This document shows positions 1-10,292 of a DNA stretch of 61,590 nucleotides, piece after piece. The first letter of the stretch is position 1. Every line of letters starts with the position of its first letter. Origin of the DNA: Chthonomonadaceae bacterium (lineage in GTDB: Bacteria > Armatimonadota > Chthonomonadetes > Chthonomonadales > Chthonomonadaceae); NCBI GenBank assembly GCA_035650735.1, contig DASRGZ010000182.1:1-61590 (forward strand), in the 5' to 3' direction. Under the pieces are notes generated by a model that worked only from the letters and a program-made list of their open reading frames with translations, did no database searches and was not told the DNA's origin. A program made the translations under genes and the position numbers.

Positions 1-288
1 CTCAAGGACGCCGACGCGCTGCACGTCCGCCTGGTCGCTGACATGCCTTTCCGTATCCAGCGGGTGATGGAAGTCCGCTGGGTCAATGAAGGCCCGGCAA
101 AGGAGATCATCCGCCAGAATGACCACGACCGGGCCGCCTTCCACCGCCGCTACTTCAAAGCCGATTGGAATGATCCCCTGAACTACCATCTCGTCCTGAA
201 CACATCCCGCCTGAGCATCCCCGGAGTGATCGAGACGCTGGTGGCAGCAGCACAAGCGCGTTGGGCAGAGAAGGCAGCAGGGAAATAA
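1..288 (+). CDS. Cytidylate kinase-like family protein, C-terminal fragment (5' truncated by window)
   Basis: Open from window edge (LKDADALHVRLVADMPFRIQRV...). The motif 'D..RAAFHRRYF..DWNDPLNYHLVLNTS' is typical of the Cytidylate_kin2 C-terminus. Confidence 0.75.
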   Translation, partial: LKDADALHVRLVADMPFRIQRVMEVRWVNEGPAKEIIRQNDHDRAAFHRRYFKADWNDPLNYHLVLNTSRLSIPGVIETLVAAAQARWAEKAAGK

Positions 289-357
289 CCAGAACAATGA
301 ACTTCCTGCGCCTCTTGTGCGTCTCTAAAGTAGCAACAATTTCGGAAGCCGATAACG

Positions 358-717
358 ATGTTCGATATTTATCGAGACGTCTTCCTGGCCTTTGTTCGCG
401 TTCACCTTCTCTACCATGCCACCGAGGGGCCGATCTACGGCTTGGAGATGATCGAGGAGTTGGCGCGGCACGGCTATTCCCTCAGTCCCGGCACCCTGTA
501 TCCGATCCTGCACGCGATGGAGGTGGGAGGCTATCTGGCCAGCGAACGTCAGGTCGTGGACGGCAAGGTGCGCAAGTACTATCGCGCTACCGACGCGGGC
601 CGAAGAGCGCTTCTACAACTGCGGCCTAAAATCCGTGAGTTGGTAGACGAGGTGATGGAAGAAGGTGGCTCATCCCACCCTGTAGCCTCCGAAGCGAAGG
701 AAGGAGCGAGGGCATGA
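358..717 (+). CDS. PadR-family transcriptional regulator
   Basis: wHTH motifs 'YGLEMIEEL..HGY.LSPGTLYPILH.ME..GYL' and 'RKYYRAT..G'. Confidence 0.9.
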   Translation: MFDIYRDVFLAFVRVHLLYHATEGPIYGLEMIEELARHGYSLSPGTLYPILHAMEVGGYLASERQVVDGKVRKYYRATDAGRRALLQLRPKIRELVDEVMEEGGSSHPVASEAKEGARA

Positions 718-1424
718 AACCGGAGATGGATAAGGACCGCCGCCGCGTCCTGGCGGCAGGCGTTGGGTTGCTGGCGGGGTTGCCTGTGATGGCAGCCGCC
801 ATCCCGCAGGGCAAGAGCGAGAACCGAATCAATCCTGATGAGGGTGTGACCGCCCCCGAAGACCTGATGAAAGAGCATGGCGTTCTCAACCGCTGTCTGC
901 TCATTTACGAAGAGGGGATGCGGCGGTTGCGCGATAAGGAGGAGATCGGCCCAGAAGTCTTCCAGCATACCGCCGCGCTCATCCGCAAGTTCGTGGAGGA
1001 GTACCACGAAAAGAACGAGGAGAAATACATCTTCCCGGTCTTCGAGAAGCATCACAAGCTGACCGACCTGGTGGACACCCTCAAGACCCAGCATAAGGCA
1101 GGCCGCCTGGTCACCGCAGAGATCATTCGGCTGTCTGCGTCCAACCAGTTTCAGGACGATGCCAACCATGAGCGCTTGGTCGCCCTCTGCCAGAGCTTCA
1201 TTCGGATGTATCGTCCGCATGAGGCGCGCGAGGACACCGTACTCTTCCCGGCCTTACGCACGATCCTGACACCCAGGCAGGTGCTGGCATTAGGCGACCG
1301 CATGGAAGAGAGCGAACATAAGGTGCTGGGCGATGAGGGCTTTGAGAAAAGCGTAGCGCAGGTAGCGGCCATCGAAAAGCACCTGGGCATCTACGACCTG
1401 AAACAGTTCACCCCAAAAGCGTAG
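714..1424 (+). CDS. Hemerythrin/HHE domain protein with probable twin-arginine signal
   Basis: N-terminal 'DRRRVL' + hydrophobic stretch; 'LMKEH', 'YHEKNEEKYIFP', 'QH', 'HEAREDTVLFP' metal-ligand motifs; ATGA overlap with padR. Confidence 0.85.
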   Translation: MKPEMDKDRRRVLAAGVGLLAGLPVMAAAIPQGKSENRINPDEGVTAPEDLMKEHGVLNRCLLIYEEGMRRLRDKEEIGPEVFQHTAALIRKFVEEYHEKNEEKYIFPVFEKHHKLTDLVDTLKTQHKAGRLVTAEIIRLSASNQFQDDANHERLVALCQSFIRMYRPHEAREDTVLFPALRTILTPRQVLALGDRMEESEHKVLGDEGFEKSVAQVAAIEKHLGIYDLKQFTPKA

Positions 1425-1437
1425 AAAGGACACAGCA

Positions 1438-2139
1438 ATGCGCTTTCGCTTCCCCCTGCTGCTGCCCTTCCTTCTCTATGGGGTTTGTAGCGCGCACGCG
1501 AGCACGACTCTGTCCCATGCGGAACTGATTCAGGCGCTGCAACAGGGCGGCTATGTCATCTTTATCCGCCACCCACAGACCGATCCCAACCAGGCCGACA
1601 CCGACACGCTGCATCTGAACAACTGGCGGGCGCAGCGCCAGTTAACCCCGCAAGGTCGCGCGCAAGCCACCGCACTCGGTAACGCCTTCCGCGCCCTGCA
1701 TATCCCCGTTGGCATGGTGCTGACCAGTCGGTTCAAACGGGCAATGGATGCCGCCAAACTGGCAGGCTTCCGCCAGGCACGGGCCAGCCTGGACATCACC
1801 GAGCCGGAGAATGTGCCACCCAAAGAAGCCCAGCGGCGTGCCGCCGTCTTGCGAACGCTACTATCCACTGCGCCCGCCGCGCACACGAACACGGTCTTGA
1901 TCTCGCATCGGCCCAACCTACAGGATGCGGCGGGGAAGGAGTTCGGCGACCTTGCCGAAAGGGAAGCCGCTATCTTCCAACCGCTCGGCAAGGAAGGCTA
2001 CAAACTGGTGGCGCGGGTTGCGCCTACAAACTGGACGGAATGGACTAAAACGAGCGCGAAGCAGAGGCCGCACGCCACGAACCGCGCGGGAAGGCGCCAG
2101 GCGATCTGCCGCTTGTATTCCTGCCTGGCAATTCTGTGA
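1438..2139 (+). CDS. Secreted histidine phosphatase (PGM/SixA-like) family protein
   Basis: Signal peptide; 'VIFIRHPQT', 'TSRFKRA', 'LISHRPN' catalytic motifs. Confidence 0.8.
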   Translation: MRFRFPLLLPFLLYGVCSAHASTTLSHAELIQALQQGGYVIFIRHPQTDPNQADTDTLHLNNWRAQRQLTPQGRAQATALGNAFRALHIPVGMVLTSRFKRAMDAAKLAGFRQARASLDITEPENVPPKEAQRRAAVLRTLLSTAPAAHTNTVLISHRPNLQDAAGKEFGDLAEREAAIFQPLGKEGYKLVARVAPTNWTEWTKTSAKQRPHATNRAGRRQAICRLYSCLAIL

Positions 2140-2194
2140 CCGCGCCCCCTTCTACAACGCTCCTTAACACTCGGTAGAAGCGCCGGGAAAATGA

Positions 2195-2227
2195 GAGGCT
2201 CCGGCGATCATTTATCCCCGGAGCCTC
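2195..2227. terminator. Hairpin between convergent phosphatase gene and tRNA; probable terminator
   Basis: 10-bp stem GAGGCTCCGG/CCGGAGCCTC; short T-run follows on the minus strand. Confidence 0.55.
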
Positions 2228-2242
2228 CTATAAATGACAAAA

Positions 2243-2315
<73 letters not shown>

Positions 2316-2362
2316 ATGACGCGCTCGCTGCGGCAGCGCTTTTGGTGTCAAGCAACGCCTAG

Positions 2363-2391
2363 AGTATACCCTCAGGTAACTCCTTTGTCAA
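2363..2391 (-). promoter_or_regulatory. Sigma70-type promoter of tRNA-Lys
   Basis: TTGACA (2391-2386), 17-bp spacer, TATACT (2368-2363). Confidence 0.8.
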
Positions 2392-2592
2392 GGAGAGCGA
2401 AAGGTGTATCTTGGCCTCGATATTTGCGCTTCGGGCGCGGATTACTGCTTAACAGGGCAACAGTCAAGTGCGGGCAGCGGCGAAACCGGTCGTAGATAGC
2501 TCTCAGAACGCTCGCTAAGCCCATAGAATAGCCCACACGTATCTCCAGTGCAGGGACCACCCCACCGAGCGGCGTCCTGCGCGGAACCGTCG

Positions 2593-3210
2593 CTAAGCCC
2601 GCAGAATAGCCCGCACGGGGGAGCCATCCGCCCCGACCAGCTTCAGCGGCAGCGCCAGCAATTCGTACTCGCCAGCCGGCGCCTCCGCCAACCAGAGCGA
2701 TTCCAGAATGGCTATGCCATTTGCCGCTAAGGCATGATGCACCGGCAGTTCCTGGCTATCCAGGCGATCCACGGAGGGCACGTCCACGCCCACCAGCAGC
2801 ACGCCCAGTTCCCCCAGGTATTCGGCAACGTCGGCCTCCAGCGTTGGAATCCAGTCTGGAAAGCGGGTAGGGTCTGCCCAGGCGTTCGTTTTTAACAGCA
2901 GGCGCGGCGCGCGCCGCAGCCTGGCGGCAGGAATATCCTCCCGCCGAATGCGCTCCTTGCCCTGCGCGTCCATCACCAGGGCCGGCCCGATATAGGGAGG
3001 CAGCATCATGGCGTCCATCGTCGGCCCGCCCTCTTGAAAATGAAAGGGCGCGTCCGCATGCGTGCCTGCATGAACGCTCATCGTGACCGCGCCTACATTC
3101 ACCGTCTCGCCCGCGCTTATCCGGGAAACCAGCGCGAACTCATACGGCGTGTCCCCCGGCCAGACTGCCAGCGATGCCTGCAAAGGACGGGTGATGTCAT
3201 AAATCTTCAC
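2593..3210 (-). CDS. kynB: Cyclase family protein / kynurenine formamidase-like
   Basis: 'WPGD', 'HAGTHADAPFHF', 'GVDVPSVD', 'GADGSPVRA' motifs; GTG start at 3210 after GGGAG. Confidence 0.8.
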   Translation of the reverse strand: MKIYDITRPLQASLAVWPGDTPYEFALVSRISAGETVNVGAVTMSVHAGTHADAPFHFQEGGPTMDAMMLPPYIGPALVMDAQGKERIRREDIPAARLRRAPRLLLKTNAWADPTRFPDWIPTLEADVAEYLGELGVLLVGVDVPSVDRLDSQELPVHHALAANGIAILESLWLAEAPAGEYELLALPLKLVGADGSPVRAILRA

Positions 3211-3319
3211 GGCCACTCCCCCCGGCAGCACCCATGCCTTGTCTTCTTAGCGTGCGCCACAAAAGCCTGCCAGCACGTCCAGGAACAGGCGGGATAGGGC
3301 TTGCCGCGACCGGGCCTGC

Positions 3320-4117
3320 TCAGCGTGCGCCGCAAGCTTGTAAGCATGCCTGCATATGGCCGCGCGCCTCGGCGGCGATGACACAGCACTGCACCAGGCT
3401 ATACTCTTTGGCCCCGATGATCTCCAGATCCAGCGGCCCGTTGTACCCGTTCTCATGCAGCACGCGGATATAGCCCACCAGGTCAATATCGCCGCGCCCA
3501 TTGGCCTGGTCCTCCGGCTTACCCGGCCCCTGCTGCCGCCCCTTGCAGTCGCGGATATGCACATGCTTGACTCGCGAGATGACCGCCGCAATCGCCTCTA
3601 CCGGATTCTCGCCAGCGCGGTAAATATGCGAGGGATCCATATCAATGCCGAAAGCCGGCGAAGTGATCGCCTCCATCGCCCGCAGCGTCGTCGGCGTATT
3701 GTAGATGCTGGCGCCCACGTGCGCCTTCACACACAGCGTCACGCCGTACCGCTCGGCCATGTCCGCCAGCCGTCCTAGCGCATCAAGAGACTGCTGCAAA
3801 CTCGCCTCGTCGCCGGATTTGCCGCCCGGCCCGCAGTTGACAATCGGAACGCCCAGCTCCGCCGCCGCCTGAAACGCCTGCTCCATTTTCGCCGGGTCCT
3901 GCGTGGGCTGCTCCATGGCCAGTAGCTCCAGACGGTATTCCTTCGCCAGCCGCTTGATCTCCGGCACCAGCTCCCGCCAGCGCGCCAGCACCAGATGCTC
4001 GCTCATGCCCTCAATCGCCGAAAGCTCAATTCCGTCGTAACCGGCCAGCGCCAGGTGCTTGAAGGCGGTCTCCATATCATAGCCGCCGAATAGAACCGAG
4101 TTCGCTCCGAGTTTCAT
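3320..4117 (-). CDS. Sugar phosphate isomerase/epimerase (xylose isomerase-like TIM barrel)
   Basis: 'GYDGIEL', 'DPSH', 'HVHIRD', 'G.GDID', 'GY.G...LE' motifs; AGGAGAG RBS. Confidence 0.85.
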   Translation of the reverse strand: MKLGANSVLFGGYDMETAFKHLALAGYDGIELSAIEGMSEHLVLARWRELVPEIKRLAKEYRLELLAMEQPTQDPAKMEQAFQAAAELGVPIVNCGPGGKSGDEASLQQSLDALGRLADMAERYGVTLCVKAHVGASIYNTPTTLRAMEAITSPAFGIDMDPSHIYRAGENPVEAIAAVISRVKHVHIRDCKGRQQGPGKPEDQANGRGDIDLVGYIRVLHENGYNGPLDLEIIGAKEYSLVQCCVIAAEARGHMQACLQACGAR

Positions 4118-4147
4118 CTCTCCTCCTGAGTAGCCCCGTCTTAATGC

Positions 4148-4220
4148 GGAAGGAGGAAGGCTGAAGGAGGAAGAAAAGCCCTAGCTCTTTTCCTCCTTCA
4201 GCCTTCTGCCTTCCTCCTTT
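4148..4220. repeat. Purine/pyrimidine 7-mer-based inverted repeat (REP-like)
   Basis: GAAGGAGGAAGGCTGAAGGAGGAA ... TTCCTCCTTCAGCCTT; related copy at 29458-29568. Confidence 0.7.
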
Positions 4221-4251
4221 CAAGTTTCTCCCCCGAAAGGCCGGGCCAGCG

Positions 4252-5166
4252 CTACTTCCCGCCTCCCGTCCAGTAGGCCAGTACCCGCCGGGCGATGCGG
4301 GCCAGCGCCAGATGGCCGGGATTATCCGCCGTCCAGAGGACGCCGGGAATATTCTGACAGAACAGAGCCAGGGCGAAGCGGCGCCCGTCCGGCAAGGTCA
4401 CCAGGCCCACGTCGTTGCGGACATGGTTGAGCGCGCCCGTCTTCCCAGCATATTTCCATTCGGCGGGCAGCAGGCGTGGTATGCTCTCGCGGTAGTGCTG
4501 TCCTTCCAGGATTTTGAGAATATCCGCGCTGGTTTCCGCATCGCCAACCTTGCCCTCGGCCAGCAGCGTCAGCAGGCGCACCATCTCGTGCGGCGTCGTC
4601 ACGCCCAGACCGAAGCGCGCCTCCGCCCGCGAGACGACCGCGCTCTGAGAGTAGGCTTTGCGGAACAGCGTCGTGCGCGGCAGGCCCAGCGCCCGCATGC
4701 GCGCATTGACCGGCTCGATGCCGACATGGTCAATAACCATGTTCGTACCTGTGTTATCCGAAAGGATGATCATCAGCGTGCAGGCGTCGCGCAGCGGCAG
4801 CGCAAGCCCCGCCGTCAGAGAGGTCAGGATGCCGGAGCCGCCCACTTTCTCCGCCTCCAGCAACGTCAGCGTCTCGCCCCAGGAGAGCCGTCCCTCCCGC
4901 ACGGCCAGGGCCACATGCACCAGGATCGGCAGCTTAATGACGCTCGCCGTGCTCACCTTGCGGTCGGCATGGTAGCCGACCATCTCCCCAGTCTGGAGGT
5001 TGCGCGCCGCCAGGCTGATCACGCTCCCCGACTCCCGCTCTATCGTTTCCAGATCGCAAAGCAGGGCGGCGAGCGCATCCTGCCCCATCGTATCGGAGGC
5101 AGAGGCGCCGTCGGCGGCTTGCGCGGGTTGTGGATTTATCATGGCCGATTCCTCCTTCGATGGCAA
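4252..5166 (-). CDS. Serine hydrolase, class A beta-lactamase-like fold
   Basis: SxxK ('ASVIK'), SDN and KTG motifs. Confidence 0.85.
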   Translation of the reverse strand: MPSKEESAMINPQPAQAADGASASDTMGQDALAALLCDLETIERESGSVISLAARNLQTGEMVGYHADRKVSTASVIKLPILVHVALAVREGRLSWGETLTLLEAEKVGGSGILTSLTAGLALPLRDACTLMIILSDNTGTNMVIDHVGIEPVNARMRALGLPRTTLFRKAYSQSAVVSRAEARFGLGVTTPHEMVRLLTLLAEGKVGDAETSADILKILEGQHYRESIPRLLPAEWKYAGKTGALNHVRNDVGLVTLPDGRRFALALFCQNIPGVLWTADNPGHLALARIARRVLAYWTGGGK

Positions 5167-5175
5167 AGGACGATT

Positions 5176-5967
5176 CTATCCCCTGCCCGTGGCGGGCGGT
5201 GCCAGCCCGACGACGCTAAAGTCTTCTGGCCGGTCTATATCTGTGGCGATCTCCGGGTAGCGGCAGATCAGCGCGCGGGCCGGACTCCCTATCAGGCGGG
5301 AGATGCGCGCCTCCAGGAAGGGCACGGTCAGCAGTCCCGGCGCCAGCGTCTGTGACACGAGCAGCCGCGCCAGCGTGCCCAGCCCGATCATCATCGCCAG
5401 ACGCAGCGGGCTCTTGCGCGCCGCATACGCCTCCCCGATCCGCTGTCGCTGCCGCAGCAGCACGTGCGGGCGCACCAGCATCAGATTCCCGCCGGTGAAC
5501 TCGCCCTCGCGCAAGCGCAGGCTCGTGCGGCGCACGTCGGGAAACCGTGCGTAACATGCCGCCACCGGTACCACCGGATAGACAAAGCCGATGTCCGGCT
5601 CGCGCTCGGCCTGCGCCACTGCGCCCTGCACAAATCCGGCCACCGCTTCCCCGGTTAAAAACGGCAGATCGGAAGCCGCCACCAGGATAAAGGGCGCGCT
5701 GGAATGCGCGGAAAGCCCGGCGAACAAGTTCTCCACGAAGCCGCCACTGTCGGGCAGGCGGGCATAGTCCGCGCTCTCCGGCACATCGCCGACGACCGTG
5801 ATGGGGCCAATTGGTGGCGAGGCGGCCCGCAGCGCCTCGACCACACGCCCCAACAGCGTCTGCCCATTGATGACCGCCAGCGCACGATTGCTCTGCCCGG
5901 TCGCCGCCTGTATCTCCGGCCTGGCCTTCCCTCCCGCCAGCACCACGCACGGTATGGTTGCGCCCAC
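5176..5967 (-). CDS. MobA-like NTP transferase domain protein
   Basis: 'VVLAGG', 'SDLPF', 'FTGGN', 'TDIDRPED' motifs. Confidence 0.8.
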   Translation of the reverse strand: MGATIPCVVLAGGKARPEIQAATGQSNRALAVINGQTLLGRVVEALRAASPPIGPITVVGDVPESADYARLPDSGGFVENLFAGLSAHSSAPFILVAASDLPFLTGEAVAGFVQGAVAQAEREPDIGFVYPVVPVAACYARFPDVRRTSLRLREGEFTGGNLMLVRPHVLLRQRQRIGEAYAARKSPLRLAMMIGLGTLARLLVSQTLAPGLLTVPFLEARISRLIGSPARALICRYPEIATDIDRPEDFSVVGLAPPATGRG

Positions 5968-5994
5968 CTAACCCCCCATCCCCTCTCGTGTTTG

Positions 5995-6305
5995 ACCTAA
6001 CCCCCCGGCCCCCACTGCTAGGGTCGGTGCTGCGCACGCTCGCACCACTGCCAGGGTCGGTGCTGCGCACGCTCGCACCACTGCCAGGGTCGGGCCTACA
6101 ATGGACTGCCAGGGTCGGCGCTACAATGGTTCGCGCCTCCACCTTGCCACAGCCCTCCGCCTGGCGACACCTTGCGACCCTACAAGGGAAGGGAGGGACC
6201 CGGCTTCCCCGTTCTCCTCTCCCGCAGCGCCGGGAGAGGGGGCAGGGGGAGAGGAGAAGCCCTCACCCCTCTCCTTGCGAAGGAGAGGGGCCGGGGGTGA
6301 GGGCT
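5995..6305. repeat. Composite REP-like element containing four ACTGC(C/T)AGGGTCGG units
   Basis: Core at 6014, 6047, 6080, 6105 (periods 33, 33, 25) nested inside CCTAACCCCC...GGGAAGGG / CCCTCTCC...GGAGAGGG palindromes. Confidence 0.8.
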
Positions 6306-7268
6306 TTAGCCGCCCGCAAAGCTGCGCAAGGGATCCGACTCGGCGCGCGTGAGCGTGCGCGTGACAGCGACCTGCGCGTAACGCCTCCGCAGTAGCTCCG
6401 CCATGCGCGCCGCTGCCGATTCGTCCCTGGCAACGCCGTAGAGCGCCGCGCCGCTGCCGCACAGATGCGCCGTTAGCGCCCCCGCCATCAGCAGCTCATC
6501 GTGCAGCCAGGCCAGCTTCGGGAAGTGCGTGAAGACCGGAAGCTCGAAATCGTTGCTCTGCCGGGCGATCAGGCGGTCGAGATCACCGGCGCGCAGAGCC
6601 TCCTCCATGCGCCGGGTCGCGCGGTGAGAGGGACGGCCGGGAATAGCGTCCAGCGCACTATAAGCCCAGGCGGTCGAAATGTTCTCCTCCGGCTTGACCA
6701 CCACCAGCCAGAGGGTCGGCGCGTCCGGCAGGGGCGTAATCACCTCGCCGCGTCCGCGCGCCGTCGCCGTGCCCCCCATCAGAAAGAAGGTCACATCGGA
6801 GCCGAGCGAGGCCGCGAGCGTCTGAAGCGTTTCTGTACTGAGGTTCAATTCCAGCAGCGCGTTGACGCCGAGCAGCGCCGCCGCCGCGTCACTGCTGCCG
6901 CCGCCCAGCCCCGCCTGCGTGGGAATGCGCTTGATGAGATGGATCGCCACGCCTCCCTCGACAGCCGCTCCGGCCTGCGCCGCTGTGTCCAGCGCCGCCT
7001 GCGCCGCCCGGACGGCCAGGTTGCTCGCATCCGTCGGCACCGCGAACGCTTCCGGGGCCTCACAGGTAAAGGCAATGCCCGGCGCCGCGCGGCGCGTCAG
7101 GCGCAGCGTATCGTAGATCCCGATGGCCTGCATGACCGAGGCGAGGCTATGGTAGCCATCGGCGCGCTTGCTGAACACATCCAGCGTCAGATTGATCTTG
7201 GCGCAGGCGGTGACGGTCAGCGCGGTCGGCATGGGGGAAGCCTGGTCACGCAGCGAGTCCGGGTCCAT
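6306..7268 (-). CDS. ispE: 4-diphosphocytidyl-2-C-methyl-D-erythritol kinase
   Basis: 'AKINLTLDV..KRADGYHSL.SVMQ', 'KRIP.QAGLGGGSSDAAA', 'LGSDV.FF' motifs. Confidence 0.95.
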   Translation of the reverse strand: MDPDSLRDQASPMPTALTVTACAKINLTLDVFSKRADGYHSLASVMQAIGIYDTLRLTRRAAPGIAFTCEAPEAFAVPTDASNLAVRAAQAALDTAAQAGAAVEGGVAIHLIKRIPTQAGLGGGSSDAAAALLGVNALLELNLSTETLQTLAASLGSDVTFFLMGGTATARGRGEVITPLPDAPTLWLVVVKPEENISTAWAYSALDAIPGRPSHRATRRMEEALRAGDLDRLIARQSNDFELPVFTHFPKLAWLHDELLMAGALTAHLCGSGAALYGVARDESAAARMAELLRRRYAQVAVTRTLTRAESDPLRSFAGG

Positions 7269-8683
7269 CAGGGCAGCTCAAAGCGGGAGGCGTCGCGCAG
7301 CGTGAAGCTGGGCGCAAAGGCAAACAGGCGGAACGTAAACTCAACGGGCGTTCCCCGGGTAAAGAGCGCGCCCTGGGGATCCCCCTCCAACTGCACGCCA
7401 AGAACGCGCAGGCGCTCGGCGTCGCCTGTCGGCAGCGGCGCAGCACGCCAGCCGGAAAGGGGCAGCGCGGAAGGCCAGGTCAGCCCGAAGGTCATGGTTC
7501 CTACATGGCTGGCGGCGATTCGGGCCGTCTCCGGCAGGAGGGACGTTTCGGAGGCGACGGCAACCCCCGTGCCGTCGGCCTTCGGCGGCGCGCCGTTGGC
7601 GGCCTCATTGTCGGCCAGCAGGCGGGGCAGCCGTACGCCATAGAGGCGCATCGTCCGCAGCGGGATCAGGCGCAGGCGCCCGTTGATCGCGGCCGTATTG
7701 CTCTGGGCCGTCAGGTGGACCTCGGCTCGCCAGCGCGCGCCCAGGGTTCCCTGCAAAATCAGCGTCGCCGAGTCCTTATCGCCGGTAACCTGCCAGTTCC
7801 GCCAGCGGAACGTCTCCCACCAGGGGGTTTGTCCCTCCTCGCCGGATTGCACCTGGATCAGCGGCACACCCGTGGAGAGCGCGCGCCAATCCTGGCCCTC
7901 CTTTCCGGCCAGCAGCAGCACCGGCAAGCGTCCTTCCGCCGCCACGACCTGCACGCCTACCCGGTCGTTGCCGACCCAGGCGCGTCCGGACTGCACGCGG
8001 GCCGCAGGCAGCCGATCCGATGCGCCCATCACGCGCGGCCCTGAAGCAAAGCGCGGCACCACCGTCAGAACGGCGCGTGGAACGGGCATCGGCACCGGGG
8101 GAGATGGCGCGGACGCTGGCGGCGCGGTTACCTGTGCCACGCCGATAACGCCCTGCGGCGCGGACGGGGCGATACCCGCGCTTGACGGCGGCGCGGGGCC
8201 GCGCGTGGGCTCTGCGGAGGGAGCGCCAGGCTCAAAAAGGACGGCAGCGACCAGCGGACCGGTAGCGTCGGAAGGCTGCAATCGCCAGCGGAAGGCTACC
8301 GCCTGGTTGGGAGCCAGCGCGGGCAGCCCTGGCATGGTATCGCCGGAGGTGTAATCCAGCCCTGCCGCCGGGAACAGCCGCAGCCGCAGCGCGTTCTCCG
8401 GGAGCGGAGCCGTTCCCACGTTGCGCACCACACAGAGAAAGACGACGCTCTCTGTGCCCACCGCATAGCCGCGCTCCGCCCCGAAAAACTCGATATGTAT
8501 ATTCGGCGCCGGGGGTGGGGCAGAGGTTGGCGCGCTGGGCGTCCCCTCCGTCTTGCCGCCCGCTTGCGCGGTTCCCTGCGGGCTGGCGCAAACCAACGCT
8601 ATCCAGGCTAGCACCGCCGCAAGGAATATCCGCTTCACGCGCCGCCTGTCGAAAAAGAAAAATGGCTGCATCGTACCTATCAC
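7268..8683 (-). CDS. Hypothetical exported protein (N-terminal Ig/CARDB-like segment, Pro-rich linkers)
   Basis: Signal-peptide-like N-terminus; 'VVRNVGTAP' Ig-like motif; translationally coupled to ispE. Confidence 0.6.
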   Translation of the reverse strand: MIGTMQPFFFFDRRRVKRIFLAAVLAWIALVCASPQGTAQAGGKTEGTPSAPTSAPPPAPNIHIEFFGAERGYAVGTESVVFLCVVRNVGTAPLPENALRLRLFPAAGLDYTSGDTMPGLPALAPNQAVAFRWRLQPSDATGPLVAAVLFEPGAPSAEPTRGPAPPSSAGIAPSAPQGVIGVAQVTAPPASAPSPPVPMPVPRAVLTVVPRFASGPRVMGASDRLPAARVQSGRAWVGNDRVGVQVVAAEGRLPVLLLAGKEGQDWRALSTGVPLIQVQSGEEGQTPWWETFRWRNWQVTGDKDSATLILQGTLGARWRAEVHLTAQSNTAAINGRLRLIPLRTMRLYGVRLPRLLADNEAANGAPPKADGTGVAVASETSLLPETARIAASHVGTMTFGLTWPSALPLSGWRAAPLPTGDAERLRVLGVQLEGDPQGALFTRGTPVEFTFRLFAFAPSFTLRDASRFELP

Positions 8684-8828
8684 GAGGGAAAACGCTCCTG
8701 TGCCGTAGGCGTAGGGAGAAGCCTGTAGCCCTTCTGGATTGGTAGCACTCCCTGAAACCGTGGTTTAAGCGGGAGCCTTCAAGAGGCAATCATGGTTTAA
8801 GGCGGGGCTACCCCTGAATTATACCGTA

Positions 8829-10262
8829 TTAAGTGGAATTTGTCGGGGTATCTCCTGGTTTCTCTTCGGATTGGCGGGTACGCCGGTCCTCCATGCGGCG
8901 CTTGAGCCTGGCTTCCGCTCCCTCTTCAGTCGGCTCATAGAACGGAAGCCCCTGCACGCCGGGAGGCAGGTATTCTTGCTCGACGTAGTGGCCGGGGAAA
9001 TCATGGGGATAGAGGTAGCCCTTGCCGTGCCCGAGCTTCTTGCCGCCGGGGTAGTGGCTGTCGCGCAGGTGCTTAGGAACCGGCTGTGCGCCGTGCGTGC
9101 GTATCTCTTCCAGAGCACGCCCGATGGCTATCGTGGCCGCATTGCTCTTGGGCGCCGCCGCCAGATAGGTAACCGCCTGCGCCAGCGTCAGCTGCGCCTC
9201 CGGCAGCCCCACAAACATCACCGCCTGCGCCGCCGCGTTGGCCAGCACCAGCGCCATCGGGTCGGCGTTGCCCACGTCCTCGGAGGCAAAGATCACCAGC
9301 CGCCGCGCGATAAACCGGATGTCCTCTCCGGCCAGCAGCATCTTCGCCAGCCAGTAGAGGGCGCCGTCCGGGTCGGAGCCGCGCAGCGATTTAATAAAGG
9401 CGGAGATGGTGTCGTAATGCTCGTCGCCGGTCTTATCGTAGGCGAGCTGACGGGCCTGCGCCCCCTCCTCGGCCAGTGCCAGCGTCAGATGCCGCTTCCC
9501 CGCCGCATCCGGAACCGCCGCCAGCGCCGCCGCCTCCAGCGCGTTCAGGGCGTTGCGCGCGTCCCCGCCCGCGATCTGGGCCAGATGATCCAGCGCATCG
9601 GGGTCGGCAACGACGTTCAGATGGCCCAGGCCGCGCTCCGGCTCCGCCAGGGCGCGCTCCAGCAGGCGGCGGATCGCCTCGTCGGAGAGCCGCTCTAACC
9701 GAAACAGCCGGGAACGCGACAGGAGCGGCGCGTTGACCTCAAAGTAGGGGTTTTCGGTCGTCGCGCCGATCAGAACGATGGTGCCGTCCTCCACGTGCGG
9801 CAGCAGCGCATCCTGCTGCGCCTTGTTCCAGCGGTGTATCTCATCCACGAACAGGATGGTCTTCTGCCCGGTCTTCTTCCGGCGCTCGCGGGCCGCCTCG
9901 ATCACTTTGCGCACGTCGGCGACACCGCTGGTGACGGCGCTGTAATTATCAAAACGGGCGTGCGTGACGCGGGCGATGATCTGGGCCAGCGTGGATTTGC
10001 CGCAGCCGGGCGGCCCCCAGAAGAGGACGGAGGTGAGCTGGTCGCGCTCGATGGCCCGCCGCAGGAGCGTTCCCGGCCCGACCACGCTCTCCTGCCCGAC
10101 GAACTCCTCCAGCGTGCGCGGACGCATGCGCGCCGCCAGCGGCGCATCCGGCATCAGCTCCGCCGGGCACGGCGGCGCGGCGACCTCCTCCGGCGCAAAC
10201 AGCCCCCCGGAAGGCGCGTCGGGCTCGGGCTGGCGGTCAGGATTGGAGGAAGGAACGGGCAT
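8829..10262 (-). CDS. rarA: Replication-associated recombination protein A (MgsA/RarA AAA+ ATPase)
   Basis: 'PLAARMRP', 'GPPGCGKST', '[12 protein letters not shown]', 'GATTENP', '[11 protein letters not shown]', 'YLYPHD' motifs. Confidence 0.96.
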   Translation of the reverse strand: MPVPSSNPDRQPEPDAPSGGLFAPEEVAAPPCPAELMPDAPLAARMRPRTLEEFVGQESVVGPGTLLRRAIERDQLTSVLFWGPPGCGKSTLAQIIARVTHARFDNYSAVTSGVADVRKVIEAARERRKKTGQKTILFVDEIHRWNKAQQDALLPHVEDGTIVLIGATTENPYFEVNAPLLSRSRLFRLERLSDEAIRRLLERALAEPERGLGHLNVVADPDALDHLAQIAGGDARNALNALEAAALAAVPDAAGKRHLTLALAEEGAQARQLAYDKTGDEHYDTISAFIKSLRGSDPDGALYWLAKMLLAGEDIRFIARRLVIFASEDVGNADPMALVLANAAAQAVMFVGLPEAQLTLAQAVTYLAAAPKSNAATIAIGRALEEIRTHGAQPVPKHLRDSHYPGGKKLGHGKGYLYPHDFPGHYVEQEYLPPGVQGLPFYEPTEEGAEARLKRRMEDRRTRQSEEKPGDTPTNST

Positions 10263-10292
10263 CCAGAGTCACCTCAGAACAGCCGGCAGACG

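Noticed and set aside
4252..5166. Bona fide beta-lactam resistance gene
   Set aside because: Has SxxK/SDN/KTG but no signal peptide or clear omega-loop ExxLN; called only a serine hydrolase.
6014..6118. CRISPR array from repeated ACTGCCAGGGTCGG units
   Set aside because: Intervals are short and identical or shared with other clusters rather than unique; no cas genes or leader.
8761..8806. Two TGGTTTAAG(G)CGGG copies between rarA and the downstream gene
   Set aside because: Too short and only two copies; cannot be distinguished from chance or a minor operator.
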